The notes: generated by a model not told the origin, from the letters alone. A stretch of 64,000 nucleotides of DNA from Blastocatellia bacterium UBA7656 (GCA_002483445.1 DLHY01000065.1:23336-87335); one strand, 5' to 3'; shown: positions 1 to 10,995, numbered from the stretch's first letter. Translations and numbers: made by a program.

Positions 1-258
1 GTTCGCGGCGATTTCACGGCCAACATCGAGTTCACGGGAGTGAGTTTCGCGGGCGAGCAGATCGACCTCAGCGGCAATGGCAGCATAAACGGACAGGTGA
101 TAGCCAAAAGCAACTCGAATGTAGCTGGCTCGCTCGTCGAAGGCCCGAACGGAGATAAGGACAGAAGCATAATAACCGGCAGCTTCGAGCTTACACTCAA
201 TGACGGAAACTCCATTGGAAGAATCAAGCTGTTTTCATGGCGACAGATCAAACGATGA
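1..258 (+). CDS. 3' end of a CDS truncated by the window start (unknown, possibly pilus-associated)
   Basis: Frame 1 is open from nt 1 to the TGA at 256-258 (VRGDFTANIEFTGVSFAGEQIDLSGNGSINGQ...FSWRQIKR). The SW-containing tail resembles the C-termini of the pseudopilin-like proteins at 2156-2626 and 3674-5689. Confidence 0.35.
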   Translation, partial: VRGDFTANIEFTGVSFAGEQIDLSGNGSINGQVIAKSNSNVAGSLVEGPNGDKDRSIITGSFELTLNDGNSIGRIKLFSWRQIKR

Positions 259-505
259 ACAGGAGAGTCAAACCCGCGGCTTCGAACCGGCCCTGATGGA
301 TTCGAATATGCCCCTCGAATCCATCAGGATGGGGCGGGAAAGCAAATTGGAAATCTTCAGCCTGAACCCTCACCGAATCAACAAAGCGCACCTAATCGCC
401 CACCCATTCGTGTCGAACTTCCCGAATGCAATCCGGCCTCTCTTGAACAAACCCCAGCACGCTGTTATCTTTCAATACGCCAGCCCAAAAGAGGAATTTC
501 AGGCA

Positions 506-1054
506 ATGTTGAATAAGACAAGCGTGATGCGTTTCATCCAGTCCTTCTTCGTCCCTGCATTTTTTTTGTCAATGGCTGCGGGCGCGCAGATAGAGTTCAG
601 TAAGCCTAAAGCGGAAAAGCCGCTTCCGAATCCTTCCATCCTGTTGGCGGCCCGCGACGAGATGCTCACTTTAGTCCGCCAGCTTCTTGAAACGCGCGAG
701 ATGCCGCTCGACAAGGAAGACTGCAACCCTACGAACGGCGAATGCACCTTCATAACCAAGCCGGTCATATTCATCAAAGGCATACATACCCGAAGCCAGC
801 TTGAGCATTACTGCGAGGTGCCTGCGGCTGCGGTGCGCAGTTGGTCGAAAGGACGTTATGTGCTGCGCATTCAAATCACCCCCGCCTCGACAAAGACCTG
901 TCAGGTCGGCGTCTACGCAAAATTCGAGGGGATGACGGAAGGAGCGACCGGCAGTCAGTGGGTGCCGCTCGTGTCCAAGGGCGCCTTCGAAGACAAGATG
1001 CTCCGCTGCATACAGGATCGTTTGCAGGGAGGAAACTGCGAAAACATAAAATGA
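506..1054 (+). CDS. secreted hypothetical protein
   Basis: An internal ATG at 506 (or 527) precedes a signal-peptide-like segment, MRFIQSFFVPAFFLSMAAGAQ. The upstream part of the 200-1054 ORF has no coding support. No recognised domain. Confidence 0.45.
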   Translation: MLNKTSVMRFIQSFFVPAFFLSMAAGAQIEFSKPKAEKPLPNPSILLAARDEMLTLVRQLLETREMPLDKEDCNPTNGECTFITKPVIFIKGIHTRSQLEHYCEVPAAAVRSWSKGRYVLRIQITPASTKTCQVGVYAKFEGMTEGATGSQWVPLVSKGAFEDKMLRCIQDRLQGGNCENIK

Positions 1055-1500
1055 AATGATGTCTCATCGCTTCTGGATCAGGGTTGTAGATGTATACCTA
1101 GAGTGTGCAATTTAGTGTCATGGATTTTGAAGAACGATTGCAGGCACAGGTTTCTCACACTACAGAAACCTGATGTTTGAGATTTATCCTTTCCAGTCCT
1201 CAAGTACCACACAAAAACGAACTTATCTCTTATTCCCAAAGCAATGCCTTGCGCAAAGGTGAACCTGATTCGGTCAAATTGAAAGCCTACTGTTTTGGGG
1301 GATGAGGACGCTCTTTTTTTCGATTATTCCCTTTCAATATAGAACTAATCCTGATAGCAGGGAGTCTTTCTGACAGGGATGGAAATATTCCGGCATAGTT
1401 ATTGCCTTTCCAACAGGCGCGGGTAACAGAATTATTGAAGGGTAGAGGCAATCGCAAACTACTCTGAAAGCTCTTCGTCAGGATGTTGGAGGAGACAGGT

Positions 1501-2085
1501 ATGAGTGATGGGACAGCGAAGAAAGAACAAGGTTTTACGGTCCTGGAGATAACGCTCGTCGTGGTGATAGCGGGCGTCGCCCTTGCGTTTGCCGTGCCGA
1601 GTATAGCGAACGCCATGCGCCAGTACAGACTCAACATGGGCATGAGGCAAACAATCGATATTCTCAACCGCGCGAAGACCGAGGCAGTGGCGCAAAGCAG
1701 ACAGGTCGGAGTTGTTATTGACCCTGGGGGTCGCAGGCTCGGCGTAGTTTTTTACCAGAATGACGCTGTCACCGTCGACAGAACCGAGTTTGTGCCATTG
1801 CCTGATGGAGTCAGCTTCGAGCGACCGGCACAGGAAGGCGCTGCGCCGGAGGGCGTAACAACCTCAGGCTATATCACTCACTACAGTGGGACGCTTGACG
1901 GCAATCCATTGCAGACTTTCACTGCGCGCGGCTTCCCAAGAGTGAATGCCGGCCCTGATGTCGTTTCCATATTCCTCGGCAACGGGAGAGATTACAGGGC
2001 CGTCACTATGAGCAGCGTCGGAGGCATACGCTCATACCGTTATGCGGAACAGGCATGGGTTAATACGAGAGCAAGAACATACTAA
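1501..2085 (+). CDS. GspH/FimT-like minor pseudopilin (prepilin-type N-terminal methylation motif)
   Basis: GGAGGAG RBS precedes ATG 1501. N-terminus is KEQGFTVLEITLVVVIAGVALAF, a class-III signal (G/FTxxE plus hydrophobic helix). Confidence 0.75.
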   Translation: MSDGTAKKEQGFTVLEITLVVVIAGVALAFAVPSIANAMRQYRLNMGMRQTIDILNRAKTEAVAQSRQVGVVIDPGGRRLGVVFYQNDAVTVDRTEFVPLPDGVSFERPAQEGAAPEGVTTSGYITHYSGTLDGNPLQTFTARGFPRVNAGPDVVSIFLGNGRDYRAVTMSSVGGIRSYRYAEQAWVNTRARTY

Positions 2086-2155
2086 ACGGACATATAAAAA
2101 CCGGGAGCGGGCCTCTATGGAAGCAGGAATCTCCGCTGATGAAGACAAGGGGAAG

Positions 2156-2626
2156 ATGATGAAAGAGATCGAAAGCAATCAAAACGGATTCACGATTCTG
2201 GAAGTGGCGATAGCCTCGATCATAACCATGGTCGGGTTGCTCTTTCTCGCCGGTCTGTTCACTCTTGCAATAGGGCAGAACCGCATGGTGAAGCAATTCA
2301 CTACGACTCTCGCGTTGGCCCAGCAAAAGCTTGAAGAATTGAACGCTCTGGAGAGGGAAGATGAGCGATTTGCGGTAGGCGGCGGGCTGACTGAAGAAAC
2401 GAAAGTAGATGACTACAGCGACGTTGTATTTGTCAATCCGTCCACAGGAACGATTACAACTGAAATCCCGGAGGGTGAGACCCCGATTTATGCGCGCTAT
2501 TGGATTATAGAGAATGATCCCACACTGACTAACACCAGGATCATTTCGGTTCGAGTAGTTGCGATTCAGGCCTCGCAAGGTCGTCAGGCAGAAGAGACTA
2601 CGCTCACGACCGCGCGTTCGTGGTGA
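2156..2626 (+). CDS. PilV/GspI-like minor pseudopilin
   Basis: NQNGFTILEVAIASIITMVGLLFLAGL prepilin motif. AAGGGGAAG lies upstream of ATG 2156. The longer ORF from 2042 overlaps the previous gene. Confidence 0.7.
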   Translation: MMKEIESNQNGFTILEVAIASIITMVGLLFLAGLFTLAIGQNRMVKQFTTTLALAQQKLEELNALEREDERFAVGGGLTEETKVDDYSDVVFVNPSTGTITTEIPEGETPIYARYWIIENDPTLTNTRIISVRVVAIQASQGRQAEETTLTTARSW

Positions 2627-2640
2627 GATGAGGAGGAGCA

Positions 2641-3666
2641 ATGATGATAGCAAGCAATGAAAGAGGATTTTCGCTTCTTGAATTGATGATGGCTGTCTTT
2701 TTGACTGTCGGGCTGATGGGCGCGATCTTTGCGCTGACGAATCAAAACCAGCAGGTTTTCGTCACCGAATCGAGCGTCACCGAAATGAATCAAAACATGC
2801 GCACAGTCGTCGATCTGCTGACGCGCGACGTTCAATCAGCAGGGATGGGAATGCCTCGCGTTAATGGCAGTTTTCCCGCCATATTCTATAAGGACGGCGC
2901 AAATGGCAATCCCGATGAAATCCTTATACTCAACGGCGACCCGTTCGCGCCCTTTACGGAAATCAGCGAGCAAACAGAATCCGCAGGCAGCGCCGTATTC
3001 CAGTGCGATATACCTGCCGGACTGCAAATAACAGGCAACGGCGATAATCAACAGATGGGCTATCTGGATCAGGATGGAAACCTGAGGCCCATTTACCAGA
3101 GCTTTCAGACTGCTCCTCGCTACTACATCTGTTACGACGATGCTAATTCGAACACCAATAATGCTATGCTGCTCGCTCTCACTGATGATGGACAGGTCGT
3201 AGGCGGGAACAGGCTTCAGCTGATACATAACCCGACGAACGCCTTGAACGCTCCGGGTATATTTGGCTCGCCGCTCGACACGGGAGAACCGGATTATGCC
3301 AACTCAAGGTTAGCTCTGCTTGGCAGCCTGATCGGGTACCGACTCAACCGCGTTACCAACGAGCTTGAGCGATCAGACGATCTGATCGCCTGGTACCCGG
3401 TCGCTCAGGGCATAACCGATTTTCAAATAGAATACCGTGTTATATCGAGAGAAAATCCTATAGGGATAGTAAGCAGCGCTCCGGCAGACCGCAGGAACAT
3501 CCGCGCAGTGACCTTCACAATAAGCGCAAAAACACTGGATTTCAATCCGGGCGATAAGGGATACCGACAGGCTATTCAGAGGTTTGAAACCAGCCCGAGA
3601 AATTTCAATCTGTTGCGCAATAATAACCTGAGCGCAAACACTGAGGAAACGTGGGACATAGATTAG
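2641..3666 (+). CDS. PilW/GspJ-like minor pseudopilin
   Basis: GAGGAGG RBS. NERGFSLLELMMAVFLTVGLMGAIF prepilin motif. Size (341 aa) is typical of PilW-like proteins. Confidence 0.7.
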   Translation: MMIASNERGFSLLELMMAVFLTVGLMGAIFALTNQNQQVFVTESSVTEMNQNMRTVVDLLTRDVQSAGMGMPRVNGSFPAIFYKDGANGNPDEILILNGDPFAPFTEISEQTESAGSAVFQCDIPAGLQITGNGDNQQMGYLDQDGNLRPIYQSFQTAPRYYICYDDANSNTNNAMLLALTDDGQVVGGNRLQLIHNPTNALNAPGIFGSPLDTGEPDYANSRLALLGSLIGYRLNRVTNELERSDDLIAWYPVAQGITDFQIEYRVISRENPIGIVSSAPADRRNIRAVTFTISAKTLDFNPGDKGYRQAIQRFETSPRNFNLLRNNNLSANTEETWDID

Positions 3667-3673
3667 GAAAATT

Positions 3674-5689
3674 ATGAAACAAGAAATCTGTCAAAAGAAA
3701 GATGAGCGCGGCGTGGCTCTCATTGTGTCCCTGCTGGCGATGACTCTGTTGCTGGCCCTTGGGATAGCCGTCGTTTCTTCGGCCACCAGAGACCAGGTCA
3801 CGACCAAAATTCATCGCGTCGGCGAACAGTCGTTTTTCATAGCCGATGCGGGCATCGGTATAGCGCGGCAGGCATTGACTCAGTCGCTCTCGGAAGAGAT
3901 CGAGAAGATACGCCTCGGTCAGGCGCCCTTCTTCAGGTCCAACCCCGCGAGCCCGGGCCAGACCTTCCCTGACGTTCAGGTAGTGCCGGACCCGGATGAC
4001 GTCAATCAGGGAGGCAACCCGTTCTATTCAGCCGTTCGCGCTCGCACCCATGAGATTTCCCGGCAGACTGCGCGCGCCCAAAAATTCGATCAACTCAACG
4101 GCAGCAGCTTCGAAATCACCCGGCTTCAAATAACCGGCAACGTATCGCAGACCCCGCCCAATAATGGGGTGGTAACTGAGGTGGTGATTTTGCGATATGC
4201 GATCGGCGTCACCGGAAGCACCACAGCAGGAGGCAGCACGTCGGTCAATGAAACCGGACAGATTTCGATAAACATCACACTGGAAGGCAGCGGGGGAGAT
4301 CCCAGTCGCAGCTTCAAGTTCTCCGGATTCGGAGCCTTCTTCGATATCGGCGACAACGGCGGAAGCGCGGCTCTGGCATCAGGGATATTCACCGGCCCCG
4401 TGCATACCAACACTCACTTCGCCTACCTTTCAAACCGAAATGTTACATTTCGCAATGTCGTGTCGCAGGTAGACGACAACATACGATATGATAGCGGTAA
4501 TCGATCCATACCGGGAACGGATATAGCAGGCATAGACATAAGCGCGGACGGCTACCAGAAAATTCCTCCGGTTCCGTTGCCGGAAAACAATTTCTCGCAG
4601 GAGTACGCGGTGATAAACGGAACTGGAATAACCGACCTGGAAGCCGATGGCTCTCCAATCGACGAGCCTGCGGTCATACCGACAAACAATCAGGGCGATC
4701 CGCTGCCAATATTCGACGCATCAGGCCGCGTTACGGCTCAAGCGTTAGCCGAGAATTTGCGCGATGCTTCAGGCGCTAAACCCAATGTCAACGGCAACTC
4801 GCTCTCTAATGGCGTTTATATTTCATCGAGCGACGGAAGCACGATGTCCGGCGCCGGAATATACGTGCAGGGAGATGCGTCGGATATGCAGCTTTACGCC
4901 GACACCAACGGGGATCAGGTTTACGTAATCAAACAAACGCAGGGCAATACCACGACGACGACGACCATTCGCACTAGCTACACCGACAACAAAACCTATA
5001 TCTCAACCGGAAACGGAACTCCGAGAGCCTTCTCCGGCGTGTTCACCGACAAGAGCGATGCGGCTAACCCCAGGCCAGCAGCATCGTTGTTCGTAAACGG
5101 CAGCATTAACAGCTTGCGCGGCGGCAAAGCCAGTTCGCAAAACAGGCCAGCCATAGCGGCCAAGACACAATTGACCATAACTGCGCAGCGAAATATCACT
5201 GTTACAGGCGATATCAAGTACGCCGATGCGGTCGTCAAATCAGACGGCTCGCCTACGAACAATGTTGATTCCGTAGCAAATGTGCTGGGCATATTCACCA
5301 ACAATGGCAACCTCAAGATGGAGCCTAATACGAGCTATGTTGGCGGACCGGGCCGCAGCCTTGAGATAGACGCGGCGGTGGTCACTTTCAACAGCAAGAC
5401 CTCAGATGACGGAGGCAGCATAGAAGGCTCGATAGTTTATACCGGCACCAAACCCGGCACTAATGACCGTTGGAAGCTGGTGGGCAGCCGCGTACAGGCA
5501 AAGATAAATAATATCGGCTACAACTATCGCGATATATTTTTCGACGTGCGATTCTCAGGAGGGAAATTCGCGCCGCCATTCTTCCCCGGCACATCCTACA
5601 GTTTAGGACCGCCGCCTGCGCCGAGTTCGGTCCAGATACAAAGGGTGGACGGGGCAGCGCCTGTCGCTATGTCCTGGTTCAGGGATTGA
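3674..5689 (+). CDS. PilX/GspK-like large pilus-associated protein
   Basis: N-terminus ERGVALIVSLLAMTLLLALGIAVVS (PilX-N-like, no G-F-T-x-E). 671 aa, Gly/Thr/Asn-rich extracellular-type composition. Last gene of the pseudopilin operon. Confidence 0.55.
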   Translation: MKQEICQKKDERGVALIVSLLAMTLLLALGIAVVSSATRDQVTTKIHRVGEQSFFIADAGIGIARQALTQSLSEEIEKIRLGQAPFFRSNPASPGQTFPDVQVVPDPDDVNQGGNPFYSAVRARTHEISRQTARAQKFDQLNGSSFEITRLQITGNVSQTPPNNGVVTEVVILRYAIGVTGSTTAGGSTSVNETGQISINITLEGSGGDPSRSFKFSGFGAFFDIGDNGGSAALASGIFTGPVHTNTHFAYLSNRNVTFRNVVSQVDDNIRYDSGNRSIPGTDIAGIDISADGYQKIPPVPLPENNFSQEYAVINGTGITDLEADGSPIDEPAVIPTNNQGDPLPIFDASGRVTAQALAENLRDASGAKPNVNGNSLSNGVYISSSDGSTMSGAGIYVQGDASDMQLYADTNGDQVYVIKQTQGNTTTTTTIRTSYTDNKTYISTGNGTPRAFSGVFTDKSDAANPRPAASLFVNGSINSLRGGKASSQNRPAIAAKTQLTITAQRNITVTGDIKYADAVVKSDGSPTNNVDSVANVLGIFTNNGNLKMEPNTSYVGGPGRSLEIDAAVVTFNSKTSDDGGSIEGSIVYTGTKPGTNDRWKLVGSRVQAKINNIGYNYRDIFFDVRFSGGKFAPPFFPGTSYSLGPPPAPSSVQIQRVDGAAPVAMSWFRD

Positions 5690-5714
5690 ACCTCTCTCAC
5701 TGCCGAACGCTCAG

Positions 5715-5750
5715 AGCCGGGTGAGTTGACTCACCCGGCTTTATCTTTTT
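5715..5750 (+). terminator. intrinsic terminator after the pseudopilin operon
   Basis: AGCCGGGTGAG-TTGA-CTCACCCGGCT forms an 11-bp stem, followed by TTTATCTTTTT, 26 nt after the stop at 5689. Confidence 0.65.
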
Positions 5751-6158
5751 ACTGCCTGCTCGCATCCCGCTCGCCGTTTGAATCGCGCTTTCTTTACCTT
5801 CTCAGTTCATAACCGATGCCAGCCGACTTTCGCCATGTTATAATTTTAGCTGTAATTTGGTTGAGATCGCTGCCCTCAGTTTTGAGTTGGAAGTCGCCCC
5901 TTAGTCCGCCGCTATCATCAGCGGTTGCGTAAAAAATTTTATGAAGCGCCCGTCGGCCAGGAGTCGGCTGGCTTCTTTCCCGGTCTTTGCTGAAGCGGAA
6001 GGGCCGCCCAGGAGAAGTATATCCATGAGGGATCATTGCCTTGCGCCATCAGGTAGCCGACCGAAAGAATGAAGAGCCGGGAGGCACGAGCCAATCGCAC
6101 AAGGCTCGGGCCTATTCTGACTCCAGATTCCAGACTCCGGACTTTTCGGAGGAGGTTT

Positions 6159-9100
6159 ATGAAGCTGCTCATAGTTGATGATGATGAGGTGATCCTGTCC
6201 ATGCTGAGCGAGATGATGAGCGCCAATGGCTACGAGGTAGTCGAGGCGCGAAACGGAGCTGAAGCTCTAAGGATTGCGCGTCGCGAGCCGATAGACCTGA
6301 TCATCACCGACGTGCTGATGCCTGTGATGGATGGCTTCGCGTTGTGTCGGGAGTGTAAAAAAGATGAGCAGTTGAAGAATATCCCGCTGGTCTTCTACAC
6401 CGCCAACTACACTGACCAAAAGGACAGAGATTTTGCGCTCAGGCTCGGCGCGCAGCGTTTCATAGCCAAGCCTGCCCATTCCGATGAGGTGGTAAGGATC
6501 ATCAGCGAGGCCATAGAAGAGCAACGAGCAGGAAGACAGATCGAGCATCTCTCGCCTGTGGAAGACGAGATGGCTTTCCTCCGCGAGCACAACGAGGCGC
6601 TCGTCCGTAAACTCGAAGATGAACTGCTCCGCCTTGAGCGGCTCAATCGCGCTCTGGAATCGGATATCCTTGAGCGCAAGCGAATTGAAGAGGCTTTGCG
6701 TGAAGGCGAAGAGAAGTTCCGCGTTCTGGCAGAAGTCTCTCCCGTAGCGATGTGCATCGTCCGGGGCGCGCAAACCGTCTATGTCAATCCCACCGCCGAG
6801 TCGATGAGCGGTTACACAAGAGATGAACTGTTGAGCATGAGTTTCTGGGATATGCTTCATCCGGATTTTCGCGATCTGGTCAGAGAGCGCGGCCTTGCCC
6901 GACAGCGCGGCGAGCCGGTTCCGTCGCGTTACGACATAAAGTATCTGACCAAATCGGGCGAAGAGCGATGGGGCGATATATCTTCAAGCGTCTTCCGCTT
7001 TCAGGCAGAGCCAGCCATACTCGCCACCATTCTCGATATCACTGACCGCAAGCGGGCTGAAGAGGCTTTGCGCAAGAGTCAGGTTGGCCTCGAACAGGCC
7101 CAGATGCGGGCGAATCTCGGAAGTTGGGAACTCGATATCAAGTCTCTGACAAACTTCTGGTCGAAGGAAATGTATCGCATATTCGGAAGAGACATCGAGC
7201 AGGGGCCGCCTTCTTCCTCCGAATTCCTCGACCTGATTCACCCCGAAGACCGGCATCTGATCGTCGATGCGCAAGACCTTGCAATGTGGAGCGACAAAGC
7301 GGTCAGCGTCGATTTTCGCACAGACCCTCGACAAGGCCCGCTCCGCTACCTCAATGGTACGTTTGAACTGATCAGAGACACCGATTCGAACCCCACGCAT
7401 CTGGTCGGCACGACTATAGATATCACCGAGCGCAAGAAGGCGGAAGAATTGCTCAAAGCCTCTGAAAACCGCTACCGCATGTTGTTCGAGCGCAATCTGG
7501 CCGGGGTCTATCGCAGCGACCTGAACGGAAACATTCACGAATGCAACGAAGCCCTCGCCCGCATATTCGGTTATGACTCTCCGCAGGAAGTCGTCAGCCT
7601 GACGGTGCGGGACTTCTACTTCGATCCTGCTGACCGGGAATCGCTTGCAGCCCGGTTGCGGGAGCAAGGGGCTTTGACTGATTTAGAGCTATGCCTCAAG
7701 CGCAAAGACGGGAGCCCGGTCTGGGTGCTGGCCAATACCAGCCTTCTGACAGACGACAGTGGTAAGCCTGTAGGCGTGCAGGGAACCATTATTGACATAA
7801 CCGAGCGCAAGCGGGCCGAAGAGTTGCTTCAAACCCACGCTCTTCAACAGGCAGCGATTGCCGAACTGGGCCAGCGCGCTCTGACCAGCATCGAGCTTTC
7901 GGCTCTGATGAATGAGGCGGCCGGAATTGCAGCGCGATGCCTCGATGTTGAGCTTTGCAGCGTCTTCGAACTGCTTCCCGACGGCGATAATCTTCTTCTG
8001 AGGGCGGGCTTTGGATGGAAAGATATGCATATCGGTCGCGCGAAGATTCGAGCGGGGACGGGATCACAGGCAGGATTCACGCTGCTTTCGGGCGAACCGA
8101 TAATAGTCGAAGACTGGATGAAGGAAACGCGATTCAGGGGGCCAAAGGCTCTGCGCGAGCATGGAGTTGTCAGCGCATTGACGGTTCTGATACCGGGCAA
8201 AGATAAACCGTTCGGCGTTATCGGAGCGCACACGACCAGAAAAAGGAAATTCACGCTCGACGATGTGAATTTCCTTCAATCTCTCGCCAATGTGATGGCC
8301 GAAGCGATAGAGCGCAAACAGGCTGAAGAAGAAATTCATAAAAGCCGTCTATGGCTCGAAGCCATCTTCGAAGCCTCACGCGACGGAATAGTTGTTGAAG
8401 AAGATGAAATCATAGTCTATGCCAACCGGGCTAATGCCTTCCTCCTCGGCTACGACACTCCGGATGAGGTTATAGGCAAACATCTTTCTTTACTCGTCTC
8501 GCCGGAAGATATCCCTCGAATCCTCGAATATGGCAAGCGGCGATTGCGCGGAGAAGCGCCCCCGTCGATTTATGAATTCAAGGGCGTGCGAAAAGACGGT
8601 TCTCTGATCGATCTCGAAGCCGCTGTTTCAGTTTTCAATATCGGCATCAAATCTTACATGGTCAAGACCGTTCGCGACATCACGGGGCGAAAACGCGCCG
8701 AAAGACGACTGCGCGCGGCTGAAGAAAAATATCGCTCGATGATTCAAAACGCCGTCTACGGAATTTATCTCTCTTCTCCCGAAGGCAGATTCGTCGAAGT
8801 AAACCCTGCGCTCGTCTCTATGCTGGGCTACGATTCAGCCGAAGAGCTTATGGCCCTCGACATTACCCGCGACATCTTTCTCGACAAGGAAGAGTGCAAA
8901 CGATTCCTGCGACAGCGGGAGGCCGAATCCTTCGAGGGAATCGAGGTCGGATGGAGGCGCAAGAACAACTCGGCGATCACAGTCCGGTTGAGCGGAAGAG
9001 CGTTGAAAAACGATCAGGGACATTACGAAGCATTAGAGGTCATCGTCGAAGACATCACCGAACGACGATCTTTGGAGGAGCAGCTTCGCCAGTCGCAGAA

Positions 9101-10211
9101 AATGGAAGCGATAGGAAGGCTGGCGGGCGGAGTGGCTCACGATTTCAACAATCTGCTCACGGCCATAAACGGTTACGCCGACATCATCATCGCGCAACTG
9201 TCCGGCAACGATTCTCTCCGCCAGGATGCCGAAGAAATACGCAAAGCGGGCAAGAGAGCCGCGATGCTGACGAGCCAACTCCTCGCCTTCAGTCGCCGCC
9301 AGGTGCTTCAGACGCGCGTGCTTGATCTCAACGAGGTCATTACCGACAGTATCAATATGCTGCGCCGACTCATCGGCGAAGATATAAACCTCGTCACCCG
9401 TCTCGACGACGACCTCGGATGGGTGAAGGCCGATCCAGGTCAGATCGAGCAGGTTATAATGAACCTGGCGGTCAACGCCCGCGACGCCATGCCGCGGGGC
9501 GGCACTCTTACAATCGAAACCGCCAATACTCTTATAGATGAAAACCACGCTCGCAAGCACGTCAGCGCCCGACTTGGCCGTTATGTGAGGCTGAAGGTGT
9601 GTGACACGGGCTGCGGGATGGATGAAGAAACCCGCCTGCGCATCTTCGAGCCTTTCTTCACCACTAAAGAGAGAGGCAAAGGTACAGGACTGGGGCTTTC
9701 GACCGTTTACGGGATCGTCAAACAAAGCGGAGGACATATCACCGTCGAGAGCCAGCCCGACAGCGGCACGACATTCAGAATTCTCCTCCCCATGGCGGAG
9801 GAAAGAGAGGCCGAATCCGTCGCTCCCGCGCAGGCGCATTCTCCCAAAGGCTCGGAGACCATACTCGTGGTCGAGGATGAAGAGGCGGTGCGCAAGCTGA
9901 CCCGTATCATTTTGAGCGTCGGAGGCTACACGGTGCTTGAAGCTGCCAACGGATTCGAGGCGCTGGAGTTGTGCGGCCAGCGATCCATAGACCTTTTACT
10001 GACTGATGTGGTGATGCCGCAGATGAGCGGGCGCGAGCTTGTTGAAAAAGTTTCCCTGATACGTCCGCGAATGAAGGTGCTTTATATGTCAGGCTACACC
10101 GACGATGCGATAGTCCGTCACGGCGTTCTGGACGCAAGCGTGCCGCTTCTGCAAAAGCCGTTTACGCCCGATGCTCTGTCGCGGAAAGTGAGAGAGATAC
10201 TCGACAATTAG
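6159..10211 (+). CDS. hybrid sensor histidine kinase (REC, multiple PAS, GAF, PAS, HisKA, HATPase, REC)
   Basis: GGAGG at 6151-6155 precedes ATG 6159. N-terminal receiver (MKLLIVDDDE...DLIITDVLMPVMDG). Repeated PAS/PAC blocks each end in DITERKRAEE-like linkers. H-box GGVAHDFNNLL. ATPase motifs DTGCGMD and GTGLGLS. C-terminal receiver (ILVVEDEE...LLLTDVVMPQMSG). Confidence 0.9.
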   Translation: MKLLIVDDDEVILSMLSEMMSANGYEVVEARNGAEALRIARREPIDLIITDVLMPVMDGFALCRECKKDEQLKNIPLVFYTANYTDQKDRDFALRLGAQRFIAKPAHSDEVVRIISEAIEEQRAGRQIEHLSPVEDEMAFLREHNEALVRKLEDELLRLERLNRALESDILERKRIEEALREGEEKFRVLAEVSPVAMCIVRGAQTVYVNPTAESMSGYTRDELLSMSFWDMLHPDFRDLVRERGLARQRGEPVPSRYDIKYLTKSGEERWGDISSSVFRFQAEPAILATILDITDRKRAEEALRKSQVGLEQAQMRANLGSWELDIKSLTNFWSKEMYRIFGRDIEQGPPSSSEFLDLIHPEDRHLIVDAQDLAMWSDKAVSVDFRTDPRQGPLRYLNGTFELIRDTDSNPTHLVGTTIDITERKKAEELLKASENRYRMLFERNLAGVYRSDLNGNIHECNEALARIFGYDSPQEVVSLTVRDFYFDPADRESLAARLREQGALTDLELCLKRKDGSPVWVLANTSLLTDDSGKPVGVQGTIIDITERKRAEELLQTHALQQAAIAELGQRALTSIELSALMNEAAGIAARCLDVELCSVFELLPDGDNLLLRAGFGWKDMHIGRAKIRAGTGSQAGFTLLSGEPIIVEDWMKETRFRGPKALREHGVVSALTVLIPGKDKPFGVIGAHTTRKRKFTLDDVNFLQSLANVMAEAIERKQAEEEIHKSRLWLEAIFEASRDGIVVEEDEIIVYANRANAFLLGYDTPDEVIGKHLSLLVSPEDIPRILEYGKRRLRGEAPPSIYEFKGVRKDGSLIDLEAAVSVFNIGIKSYMVKTVRDITGRKRAERRLRAAEEKYRSMIQNAVYGIYLSSPEGRFVEVNPALVSMLGYDSAEELMALDITRDIFLDKEECKRFLRQREAESFEGIEVGWRRKNNSAITVRLSGRALKNDQGHYEALEVIVEDITERRSLEEQLRQSQKMEAIGRLAGGVAHDFNNLLTAINGYADIIIAQLSGNDSLRQDAEEIRKAGKRAAMLTSQLLAFSRRQVLQTRVLDLNEVITDSINMLRRLIGEDINLVTRLDDDLGWVKADPGQIEQVIMNLAVNARDAMPRGGTLTIETANTLIDENHARKHVSARLGRYVRLKVCDTGCGMDEETRLRIFEPFFTTKERGKGTGLGLSTVYGIVKQSGGHITVESQPDSGTTFRILLPMAEEREAESVAPAQAHSPKGSETILVVEDEEAVRKLTRIILSVGGYTVLEAANGFEALELCGQRSIDLLLTDVVMPQMSGRELVEKVSLIRPRMKVLYMSGYTDDAIVRHGVLDASVPLLQKPFTPDALSRKVREILDN

Positions 10212-10212
10212 C

Positions 10213-10983
10213 TCATTCCGACGCTCCCGCTCTCGCCGCGTGCAGTTCCGTGCAGTAGAGCGCCGTCGCTGCGTGTGTGGCCAGCAGGTCGAACATTTCA
10301 TAGTCGACCTCCTCAAGCTCCGGCTTGTGCGAAAGCAGACTGAAAAGGGCTACGGCTCCGGTGACTTGCCCGCCGAGTTTGAGCGGGATGCAGGCCAACA
10401 GGTCGGAATACTCAAGACCCTCTGCCGCTTCACCGTGTCCTTTGATCCAGGTTTTGCCCGAAAGAGCCGCGCGTCCTATCAGACTCGAACTGGCAGAGAC
10501 GTTTTTATGCCTGTCCGCATCGATGCCGAAGGAGGCTATGAGGTGGAATGAAGTTTTGTTTTGATTCAATTCGAAGACGCCAAATTCTTCAGAGCCGATA
10601 AGGTTTATGACGATCTCCTGAAGGACTGAAAGCACCTCTTCGCGGTTGAGCGTGCCGTGCAACTGATAGCTTGCGACGTAGAGGTTGGCCAGGTTGGCGT
10701 TATGCTGTTCGACTTTCGAGTACTGATCGATAAAGCGCAGGCTTTCGGATTCGATCTCCTGCAATCGCTTTTGCAGCGAGGCCTTCTCTTTTTCGCGGCG
10801 CTCGATCTCCTGCCGCACCATCTTCGCCTGAACGTCGAGTTGAGCTTCCAGATGTCGCTTTTCATCTTCGAGGACGGCCACGGCGTTTCGCAATCTCTCG
10901 TTTTCGCCAAGCAGGTCTTTTATGTACCGCTGCGTGTCTTCGCGAACGCGATGAACATAAGAACCTTTATCCTCGTCTTTCAT
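10213..10983 (-). CDS. coiled-coil GAF-domain protein
   Basis: The N-terminal heptad-rich segment (LEDEKRHLEAQLDVQ...) is followed by a GAF-like core (LQEIVINLIGSEEFGVFEL...IPLKLGGQVTGAVALFSLL). It lies 12 nt downstream of the CheY gene. Confidence 0.65.
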   Translation of the reverse strand: MKDEDKGSYVHRVREDTQRYIKDLLGENERLRNAVAVLEDEKRHLEAQLDVQAKMVRQEIERREKEKASLQKRLQEIESESLRFIDQYSKVEQHNANLANLYVASYQLHGTLNREEVLSVLQEIVINLIGSEEFGVFELNQNKTSFHLIASFGIDADRHKNVSASSSLIGRAALSGKTWIKGHGEAAEGLEYSDLLACIPLKLGGQVTGAVALFSLLSHKPELEEVDYEMFDLLATHAATALYCTELHAARAGASE

Positions 10984-10995
10984 GTCGCTCCTTTA

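Noticed and set aside
200-505. N-terminal 102 codons of the 284-aa ORF 200-1054
   Set aside because: This part overlaps the end of the preceding CDS, has no RBS, and the signal peptide starts only after the internal ATG at 506/527. The shorter model is preferred.
5794-6036. 80-aa and 95-aa minus-strand ORFs in the spacer between the pseudopilin operon and the histidine kinase
   Set aside because: There are no RBS, no recognisable motif, and the two overlap each other. This is most likely non-coding promoter or leader DNA, although a small protein cannot be excluded.
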